A stretch of DNA of 45,057 nucleotides. It comes from Salinispira sp. (GTDB taxonomy: Bacteria; Spirochaetota; Spirochaetia; DSM-27196; Salinispiraceae). The notes under the pieces are model-generated. The model was not told where the DNA came from, did not search any database, and was given only the letters and a program-made list of their open reading frames with translations. The stretch lies in contig CBDDDG010000005.1 in the NCBI GenBank assembly GCA_965226555.1, positions 1-45,057 on the forward strand, in the 5' to 3' direction. The first letter of the stretch is position 1. Each line of letters opens with the position of its first letter. Of this stretch, positions 38,088 to 45,057 are shown piece by piece. The position numbers and the translations under genes were made by a program.

Positions 38088-38534
38088 ATGATTGACACGC
38101 TACGCGCATCAAAAACACTACAGAAAAATGGCTTCTCTCTTCAGCAGTCGGACATCTTGGCAAAGGTCATTGCGCAGCAAAGCGAAGAACTCGCGACGAA
38201 GCAGGATATTCAGCTCCTCAAAAAAGATACGGAGACACTGCAACTCGCGATGAGGCAGGATATTCAGCTCTTCAAAAAAGATACGGAGACACTGCAACTC
38301 GCGACGAGGCAGGATATTCAGATCCTCAAAAAAGATACGGAGACACTGCAACTCGCGATGAAGCAGGATATTCAGATCCTCAAAAAAGATATGAAGCAAG
38401 ATATTCAGCTCCTCAGAAAAGATACGGAGACACTGCGGGAAGATATAACGAAATCAATTCGTCACATATTCTGGTTACTTGCGCTGATATTCCCGGTTAT
38501 AATTACAATACTGGTACTCTTTGCGCAGCGATAA
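38088..38534 (+). CDS. DUF1640/CCDC90-like (Bdr-like) coiled-coil protein with 18-aa repeats and C-terminal TM
   Basis: MIDTL...L..NGFS..Q head, LATKQDI neck, 54-bp tandem repeats at about 38188-38435, hydrophobic tail. Confidence 0.8.
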   Translation: MIDTLRASKTLQKNGFSLQQSDILAKVIAQQSEELATKQDIQLLKKDTETLQLAMRQDIQLFKKDTETLQLATRQDIQILKKDTETLQLAMKQDIQILKKDMKQDIQLLRKDTETLREDITKSIRHIFWLLALIFPVIITILVLFAQR

Positions 38535-38693
38535 TTATGCCTCACGCCGGAAAAAAGCCTGCTGAATATAATCTCATACAAAGTTTTGCCTTAATAAATT
38601 TTTGCAAAGTTGGATTGATATGAATTGCCGGGTAAGAGCGTATTCGCTTTCAGATGAAAGCTTTGTAACAGCCGCCGCAGAGGAATGTAATGT

Positions 38694-39140
38694 GTGACTG
38701 AACAGTTAGTACATGGATTAAAGTTGCTCCGGCAATCCATACATAAAAAAGTTCCCGATACGGAACTTGTAGAATTTTTGATGGATGCGACCAGTTCTGA
38801 TGTCGTAGCGGCCTATGCGCTCCCTCAGAAAAAACAGACGAAAACATCATTTCTTGCAGGATGCGGGCGTTCTCAGGTTCCTCATCATGTGAACAGGAAC
38901 TCTGAATCCATGCTTTTTCTTGTTGAATCGGGAGAGCTTCTGGTGTGTAATGGGAGAGGGGAGTTCTTCGCCGATATGTTTCTGAATAGTAGTTCAGCAT
39001 CGGCTGCCGCGCTTCGCTGCGCCGGTTCGTATGTCTGTTTTTTTAATTCGGTCAGACAAAATCATTATAATAACAGTAATTTTTTCTTTTTGAGTTCCCT
39101 CAATAAAATAGTTCAGAGTCTTTTATCTGGAGGATTATAG
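38694..39140 (+). CDS. Hypothetical protein
   Basis: 148-aa ORF preceded by GAGGA, stop 1 bp before the next ATG. Confidence 0.55.
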   Translation: MTEQLVHGLKLLRQSIHKKVPDTELVEFLMDATSSDVVAAYALPQKKQTKTSFLAGCGRSQVPHHVNRNSESMLFLVESGELLVCNGRGEFFADMFLNSSSASAAALRCAGSYVCFFNSVRQNHYNNSNFFFLSSLNKIVQSLLSGGL

Positions 39141-39141
39141 T

Positions 39142-41661
39142 ATGGCTGTTCTCGCTCAATACATACAGTATGTACCGCAATGGGTAGTAATTACGCTCAG
39201 TATATTCTTCCCGCTTGTTATACTGAGCTATGCGCTGTGGTTTTTTATCAAAAATCATGCTTTCAAAAAAGCAATATGGCAACGGAGAATAGACCTCATA
39301 TCCCGGTATAGTGTCTTCTGGCGCAGGAAACAAACCCGATATCTTGTAAAACTCGTTCGGAAAAATTCCGATTATCAGCTTCTCCGATCTGCCGGTCTTA
39401 ACAAGATATGGATACATATGTACGAACGGAGAAAAAAGAAGAAAATTCTCCGCCTCATTCTGGAATTTTTTCCTGAAGAGGGACTGTTTCCCGTGTTTCA
39501 GGCAGCCGGCAAAAATACCCGGCACGCAGCGCTTATCAGTGAATCAGTTCGAAAGAATGGTATTCGTATGCTTGCGTTTTCCTGCCGGGGAGAAAATTTT
39601 AATGGCCGGCACGAAATGTTCACGGAGTATATGGATGAAATTCAGAGACTTTCCGGCGATCCTGAATGGAATGTCCGGTATTTTTCCATGAAAATAGTGC
39701 TTGAAAATAATTCTGAACGCTCCTCCCGCATTCTCAGGGAAATGATTCATGATCCGCACCCGCTTATCCGTAAGACTGTTATCGGTCAGGCTTCTGCTGC
39801 CATTTTTAATAATTTCGGTGATCAACTTCAAACGATACTTCTCAGGGATCCTGTTTTTGAGGTACGGAAAGCCGCATGGAAACGCATGGGGGCAGAGTTC
39901 CCTGAAGCATGTGAAATCGATCTTACAGAACTCAATACCGTAGAAATTGTTCATTATCTCGATTTTCTTGATCCCGGAATCAGTAATCATATGGCGAGCG
40001 CCATCCACTTTCTGTGCGGTAAAAATCTGGAACTGCGATATCCTGCCGCCGTTTTTCTTGAACGACAGGGATGGCTTCTCAAAACTCTTAATGAAGCAGA
40101 TTTTAATGACAGGGAAGATTTTCAACGGCGTCTCAAACTTCTTGAAGCTGCGGTTGAGGTTCAGGTAGACGGATTTATACATTACGCTTCCGATAAACCG
40201 GATAGTATATATCTGGCATTGAAATTACTCATGAAAACCGGCGACCGCATACAGGTCTCATATCTGGCAGAACGCGCTCTGAATGGTTCCTATGAGGAGC
40301 ATATTTGGAAGCAGGCAATTGTGCTTATCAATGCCCGCCCAAGTGACAGTGCTACTGCATTACTTATTAAAGAATTTGACCGGCGGCGTCATGATGCCGA
40401 AAGAATTCAATGTATGCTTGAACATGTGAAAATTCATGACGACAAGCGGGTAACTGCTGTACTCATTGCCTTTCTGACAGATCCTGCTTTTTCTGCGCGG
40501 GAAACCCTTATTAAAACAATTTCCAGGGCCGATGTTCATCTGGTATTGCCCGATCTGTACGATATTATCAGACAAAGAAAAAAAGAACATGAACACATCA
40601 TACGGGTCAGCGCTCTTCGTATTGTTGCGACATATCAGTTGCCGTATTTTATGCAGACAGTTCTTGAACAACTTTCACGTCTCAGCGTGGAACAGGCATC
40701 GGATTTTACCCGGCTTCTCAGCGCGTATCCCGGAAAGGAATTTGCGCAGAGGGTAGATGAACTTCTTGAGCAAAATGATAGTAAAATCCGCGCCATGCTT
40801 ATGATGAGCCTGCCTCCCGAAGAGAAAAAGCGGATTTATCCTCACATTGAAATTGCCCTCACCGATTCCGATCCTGATGTACGAATTGCGGCTATTACAG
40901 CGCATGTGGAAGTATCGCAGCAAGGATATCCCGATTTATTACGGGATCCTGTTACCCGTGTCAGGGAGACGGCAGCCTGTGTAATGGGTAAGTATGCCGA
41001 CAAAAAAATTCTCCATCAGCTCCGGAATCTTGTTTCCGACGAGAATGAAGAAGAAGTGGTGAAAATTGCGGCTGTTAGTGGCATTGCGAGCTCTGCCGAT
41101 CCGCTCAGCATACATCTTCTTGTTGATATTCTTGCAGATACTCCTGAAGGAGATGCTCTCTATGATGAAGTTTGCAGAGGATTACAAAGTATGACCGATA
41201 CCGCAAGACTCCGGTTACTTATTGCTGAGCTGAAGAATGCTGAAGTTGCTTTGAGAAAAAAACTGGTAGCTGTTTTTGTTTCCATGAAGGAAGATGCCGA
41301 GCCGTTTTTTGTGGAAGTATTAAAAAACGATTCAATAAGCCTTCGCTCATATATTATTGAGACGCTTGAAAAAAGCGGGTATCTCAATTCAGTAATTCGA
41401 CGTCTTACCCAACGTGACGTGAATGTTCGACGCGATGCAGCAGAATTTCTCCTTCTCGCGGGCACATTCACAAGTTATCGGGGATTAATTCAGGCCTGCA
41501 GAGATCCGGATGAAGATATTCGAATACTGGTAACCCGCGCGCTGGACTATCTTGCAAGCGAAGACGGACGTGACATACTTGCCGAACTTCGCTCTGATCC
41601 AAGCCGACGTGTTCGGCGATATACCCACTGGGCGCTGGAACGCTTTGAAGCGCGAAAATGA
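39142..41661 (+). CDS. Membrane-anchored HEAT-repeat protein
   Basis: N-terminal TM; repeated DPEWNVR, DPHPLIR, DPVFEVR, DSDPDVR, DPVTRVR, DPDEDIR, DPSRRVR. Confidence 0.85.
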   Translation: MAVLAQYIQYVPQWVVITLSIFFPLVILSYALWFFIKNHAFKKAIWQRRIDLISRYSVFWRRKQTRYLVKLVRKNSDYQLLRSAGLNKIWIHMYERRKKKKILRLILEFFPEEGLFPVFQAAGKNTRHAALISESVRKNGIRMLAFSCRGENFNGRHEMFTEYMDEIQRLSGDPEWNVRYFSMKIVLENNSERSSRILREMIHDPHPLIRKTVIGQASAAIFNNFGDQLQTILLRDPVFEVRKAAWKRMGAEFPEACEIDLTELNTVEIVHYLDFLDPGISNHMASAIHFLCGKNLELRYPAAVFLERQGWLLKTLNEADFNDREDFQRRLKLLEAAVEVQVDGFIHYASDKPDSIYLALKLLMKTGDRIQVSYLAERALNGSYEEHIWKQAIVLINARPSDSATALLIKEFDRRRHDAERIQCMLEHVKIHDDKRVTAVLIAFLTDPAFSARETLIKTISRADVHLVLPDLYDIIRQRKKEHEHIIRVSALRIVATYQLPYFMQTVLEQLSRLSVEQASDFTRLLSAYPGKEFAQRVDELLEQNDSKIRAMLMMSLPPEEKKRIYPHIEIALTDSDPDVRIAAITAHVEVSQQGYPDLLRDPVTRVRETAACVMGKYADKKILHQLRNLVSDENEEEVVKIAAVSGIASSADPLSIHLLVDILADTPEGDALYDEVCRGLQSMTDTARLRLLIAELKNAEVALRKKLVAVFVSMKEDAEPFFVEVLKNDSISLRSYIIETLEKSGYLNSVIRRLTQRDVNVRRDAAEFLLLAGTFTSYRGLIQACRDPDEDIRILVTRALDYLASEDGRDILAELRSDPSRRVRRYTHWALERFEARK

Positions 41662-41730
41662 GGCGCTTCCTTTGCCCAATGCTGAAAAATACGCGAACCA
41701 TCCAAACTACGCAACGGAGGCGCGTACGCA

Positions 41731-42159
41731 ATGCTGAATGTTGAGAACAGTGAAGAGGGCAGGGAATTCCGTCCCGACTTTGAGAAGCGGGGAGGGCTTC
41801 TCCCCTGCGTTGCGCAGGACGCGGAGACAGGAGACATTCTCATGCTGGCATATGTCAACCATGCGGCGCTCACCCGTACTCTAAAAACCGGCATCGCGAC
41901 CTTCTACAGCACTTCGCGGCAGGCGATATGGGTGAAGGGAGAAACATCCGGCAATGCGCTCAGGGTAAGGCGCATTCTTGTTGACTGCGATCAGGACAGC
42001 TTCGTTTATCAGGTGGAATTATCGGGCGATGGAGCATGTCACACGAAGGACGGCAGGGGGAAGACCCGGTATAGTTGTTTTTATCGGCAACTAACCGGCG
42101 ACGGGTTGGAGTATCTTGCTGAGCGGGATTCCGGGGGCGGCGCCAATGCTGACGAGTGA
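41731..42159 (+). CDS. hisI: Phosphoribosyl-AMP cyclohydrolase
   Basis: GLLPCVAQD, STSR...WVKGETSG, DCDQD, ACHT...SCFY. Confidence 0.95.
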   Translation: MLNVENSEEGREFRPDFEKRGGLLPCVAQDAETGDILMLAYVNHAALTRTLKTGIATFYSTSRQAIWVKGETSGNALRVRRILVDCDQDSFVYQVELSGDGACHTKDGRGKTRYSCFYRQLTGDGLEYLAERDSGGGANADE

Positions 42160-42179
42160 TGTGGTTTCAGCGCGCTGAT

Positions 42180-42288
42180 GCTTACTCGTAGCGGGGGTTG
42201 CTTTCCAGCGGGGGCGCTTACTCGTAGCGGGGGGTTGCTTTCCAGCGGGGGCGCTTACTCGTAGCGGGGGGGTGCTTTCCAGCGGGGG
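42180..42288. repeat. Three 36-37 bp tandem copies spanning the prs stop codon
   Basis: GCTTACTCGTAGC(G5-7)(T)TGCTTTCCAGCGGGGG starting at 42180, 42216 and 42253. Confidence 0.92.
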
Positions 42289-43418
42289 TTTTTGCTCGAC
42301 ATGTCTTCAATGTAGTGGGGTTCTTTCAGGGCATCGGCGCCGGGGTTCAGCATGAGATGAATATAGTTGGATAACCACCTCGCAATGCGGAGAACAACCA
42401 TCTTATGCCGAAGTCTTCCCTGCATATCTCTGTTAAGTATTTGGGGAATAGTACTCGTGGTAACAATTTCATCAATAACCGGAGTATTCAGGCGTATTCG
42501 CGTTTCCTGGGAAGAATAAAAATGGGTAACAATAAAAACAATGCGTTCAGAACCTGCCTTCTTAAATTTTGAGCAGGCCTCCACAATTGTTCCGCCTGTG
42601 CGGATCATGTCGTCAAAAACAATAATCTTCTTTCCCCTCACATCATTAATGCCGACTTCCGATTCAGGAGAAATGTCAACAAGAACCTTTTTTTCGTTGA
42701 GACGTTGCTTTTCCAGAATCATGAGGGGAATGTTTTTATCCGTAAAATGTTCGTGTACTTTCCGGACAAAGCTGGCTGCCCCATTGTCGGGCGCGCAGAA
42801 AATCAGATTATCAAGATCAACAATATTACTTCTTCGAATATATTGCGCAAAGAGATCACTCGGATGAAGATTATGAAAATGGCCTGAAAAACGTTCTTTG
42901 AACAGGCGCTCGACTGAGGTTGAGTGATTATGAACAGTGATAATTTCATCGACACCAGATTTTTTGAGAAGATCGGCATAAAGATAGGCGGAAAAGGGCT
43001 GCCCGTCAAATTTTTTATAATCCTCGGGGTCTCGCTTCCGGTCTGTGAGTCCGTGTTCCTTCCGCGGGCCTCTGTCCTGAGCTGAGTAAAATAAATCGGG
43101 CTCCAGAAGAATAACTCTGCTGGCGCCATTATCTTTCGCAGCTCGCGCAACAAGGAAATTTCTCATGGCAAGGTTATCCCTGTCATGCATTATATGCGTG
43201 GTAGAGGCGATAAGAACTATTTTATTTTTCAGTTTGTTGCCAATTGATTTCCAGCTTGACTCATCAACAATAAAGCGGGGGCAGAATTCCCTGTTTGAAA
43301 AACTCTTAAGCGATATGAGATCGGAATAATCCATGGCCTGGTTCAAATGCTGGGCAATGTCTGCAACAAAGGGGTTGTCGGCAATGGTCCCCACAATGAG
43401 AAGCGATTCTTTATCCAT
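42255..43418 (-). CDS. prs: Ribose-phosphate pyrophosphokinase (divergent)
   Basis: FSNREF, AKDNGASRV...YSAQDR, ITVHNHS, APDNGA, VFDDMIRTGGT; start MDKES chosen because the upstream ATG lies in a palindrome. Confidence 0.85.
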   Translation of the reverse strand: MDKESLLIVGTIADNPFVADIAQHLNQAMDYSDLISLKSFSNREFCPRFIVDESSWKSIGNKLKNKIVLIASTTHIMHDRDNLAMRNFLVARAAKDNGASRVILLEPDLFYSAQDRGPRKEHGLTDRKRDPEDYKKFDGQPFSAYLYADLLKKSGVDEIITVHNHSTSVERLFKERFSGHFHNLHPSDLFAQYIRRSNIVDLDNLIFCAPDNGAASFVRKVHEHFTDKNIPLMILEKQRLNEKKVLVDISPESEVGINDVRGKKIIVFDDMIRTGGTIVEACSKFKKAGSERIVFIVTHFYSSQETRIRLNTPVIDEIVTTSTIPQILNRDMQGRLRHKMVVLRIARWLSNYIHLMLNPGADALKEPHYIEDMSSKNPRWKAPPRYE

Positions 43419-43420
43419 AC

Positions 43421-43447
43421 CAAAGTTTTGCATTTTGCAAAACTTTA
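43421..43447. repeat. 27-bp palindromic mini-element
   Basis: Core AAAGTTTTGCA-TTT-TGCAAAACTTT with perfect 11-bp arms. Confidence 0.9.
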
Positions 43448-43459
43448 TTCAAGAAAGTT

Positions 43460-44922
43460 CAGAACTTCCCCAACAAGTTTTTTTCAGACCATTGCAGGAA
43501 TTCTCATACACATTTATGATCTACTATGGGAGGGGGACTATGTGTTCTCAGAAAAAAAGTGTTGCCCGAACCTTTATTCAAAGGCTCGGACAGATGCTGA
43601 AAACAACCAATTTAACCGACCCTCGGAAACGACCGGTTGTTCAGCTATCACAAATAATGGCTCTCATTATATCGATGCCATTATTTTCATGCAAGAGTCT
43701 GTTTGATCTCGATTATCTGGCTCGGAATAAACATGTTCGGAAGTTACTCGGCAGCAAACGGTATATGGTCGGTTCCGACAGCACCATACAACGGGTGATT
43801 TCTCAGATCATACCGGATGAAGTGACGACGATGGTGGGAACCAGTATGAAGTTGTCAGTGAGTGACACTGAAGAATCGTGTTATTTGGACACGGGAGTTC
43901 ATCGGAGTATCGGTATTGTCGATGGCACCTGTGTCTTCGGGAGCGTCTGGTTCACCGTGCTGGCGCGACCGACAAAGACAGGAACGTATGTGCAGGTTGT
44001 GAGACCGATGAAGGGCAGAGGGCACGAACTGCGCGGGTCTGAAGAAATGCTTTTGAGGGAAGGAGATACCCTGCCGCAATTGTTAAGTTTCGATGGGCTC
44101 TACCTGTGTGAGCCCTTTCTTCATCTGATCTGCGCAAAATTAAAGCGTCATATTCTGGTGAAATTTCGTTCGGTAAAGCGGGATGGCACTCCGCGGAAAC
44201 ATGAGCGGTTGCTCCTTGATCGCGCAGCCCGCTATATGGAACATCAGGGGTTCTATAGTGATGCAGTCCAAACCGCGAGCGGGTATGATTATCAACGATC
44301 AACGAGTTACCAGATTGAGGCAGTGCCTGACGAATGGCATGGTGTGCCGGTGCTGGTGCTGCGGGTCACTGAAGGGAAGGAGACGTTCTGGGTAATTACG
44401 AGTGATGTACATCTGTCATTGCCTGCTGCGCGGGAAGCTGCGCACCTGCGGTGGAGCATAGAGAATGATGAGTTTAAGCGCATGTCGTATCTTACCGGCA
44501 CCAAGAGAGTGCGGACGCATAACAAGATCGCCGCTGTGTGTTTGTTGTGCTGCATTGCCATGGGGGTCAATTTTCTCACCAGTATCAACCATGTGCTGGC
44601 GAGCGTCGTAACAAAAACGCTTCCTGTTAAGCGAACATGGAAAATAACAGGGCGGTGGATATGGAAGGGAATAAAATGGCAGATTCGCACAGGAGGGATG
44701 TCTGTGTTGAGCTAAGTAGTGAACAATCGGTCGTTTTCGAGGGCAGTCTACCGAGTTGATTTCTTGCATATAACCGACACACAATCAACGCAGACCAGCG
44801 GTTCTGCGGCGGGGGTGGTCTATGCGCCCGGTATTCCCGCCACATACTCACTGCTCAAGGGGCAAAATCTCCCTCCATTATTCTGTCAAAATCCCGTCAA
44901 AAAAATTGTTGGGGAAGTTCTG
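43460..44922 (+). mobile_element. Intact 1463-bp insertion sequence (IS4/ISAs1-like DDE superfamily)
   Basis: Perfect 17-bp terminal inverted repeats CAGAACTTCCCCAACAA (43460-43476, 44906-44922); 8-bp direct repeat AGAAAGTT at 43452-43459 and 44923-44930. Confidence 0.92.
43540..44715 (+). CDS. DDE transposase
   Basis: IVDGT, SFDGLY, RWSIEN motifs; GGGAGG before ATG 43540; TTGCAG-17 bp-TATGAT at 43492-43520. Confidence 0.88.
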   Translation: MCSQKKSVARTFIQRLGQMLKTTNLTDPRKRPVVQLSQIMALIISMPLFSCKSLFDLDYLARNKHVRKLLGSKRYMVGSDSTIQRVISQIIPDEVTTMVGTSMKLSVSDTEESCYLDTGVHRSIGIVDGTCVFGSVWFTVLARPTKTGTYVQVVRPMKGRGHELRGSEEMLLREGDTLPQLLSFDGLYLCEPFLHLICAKLKRHILVKFRSVKRDGTPRKHERLLLDRAARYMEHQGFYSDAVQTASGYDYQRSTSYQIEAVPDEWHGVPVLVLRVTEGKETFWVITSDVHLSLPAAREAAHLRWSIENDEFKRMSYLTGTKRVRTHNKIAAVCLLCCIAMGVNFLTSINHVLASVVTKTLPVKRTWKITGRWIWKGIKWQIRTGGMSVLS

Positions 44923-44923
44923 A

Positions 44924-45021
44924 GAAAGTTTTGCATTTTGCAAAACTTTCTATAAAATAGGAGAATGCTAAGCACATAGAGAGCATTCTTGATCTGAAAC
45001 TTTTTCTACTGAAAAAGTTTA
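44924..45021. repeat. Composite palindromic module, second copy
   Basis: Same 27-bp element and 45-bp linker as 25709-25780, followed by a shortened element; TTCAA at 43448-43452 and 45022-45026 once the IS is removed. Confidence 0.85.
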
Positions 45022-45057
45022 TTCAAGTTCTTCGGCGACCCGTAATATTTCAGGGAG
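45019..45057 (-). CDS. 3' end of a gene entering from outside the window (...LPEILRVAEELE*)
   Basis: Open minus-strand frame ending in TAA at 45021-45019; only 12 codons visible. Confidence 0.45.
   Translation of the reverse strand, partial: LPEILRVAEELE

Noticed and set aside
37388..38435. 33-bp and 54-bp arrays as CRISPR or non-coding repeats
   Set aside because: Direct tandem repeats without unique spacers, multiples of 3, inside ORFs with TM anchors
43421..43447. Palindromes as rho-independent terminators or integron attC sites
   Set aside because: AT-rich stems often located just before start codons; no GTTRRRY/RYYYAAC ends or integron integrase
43460..43476. This IS as parent of the palindromic mini-elements
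   Set aside because: Only a loose AGAACTT/AGAAACTT resemblance; the IS makes an 8-bp duplication versus mostly 5 bp for the elements
43333..43539. N-terminal extension of the transposase in the ORF track
   Set aside because: Starts outside the left inverted repeat and overlaps prs antisense; ATG 43540 has an SD and promoter inside the IS

Overview
Bacterial chromosomal segment, most likely from a spirochaete (inferred from spirochaetal-type lipoboxes, TP0733-like beta-barrel genes, the gap-pgk-tpiA-secG...PPIase-nusB-TPR gene order and a Bdr/DUF1640-like repeat protein). Core content: argC (frameshifted near its 3' end), a DapA-family aldolase with a TRAP transporter, ptsP, trmB, a divergent EF-G paralogue, a phosphohexomutase, a double-REC regulator, gap/pgk/tpiA/secG, nusB, map, degP, hisI and prs. 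Accessory content: a 7xFn3 + 11xDUF285 lipoprotein with six hypervariable codons per repeat, a tandemly duplicated beta-barrel/lipoprotein operon, two coiled-coil tandem-repeat genes, an intact 1463-bp DDE insertion sequence and an internally deleted IS remnant. The most striking non-genic signal is a dense family of very short AT-rich palindromic elements (27-55 bp, ends like GAAA(C/G)TTTTGC...GCAAAA(C/G)TTTC, also forming ~100-130 bp composites). The paralogous operon copies provide filled versus empty sites with 5-bp target duplications, which points to a mobile ultra-short REPIN/MITE-like system whose mobilising enzyme I cannot identify in this window. All assignments are by eye; no database searches were run.
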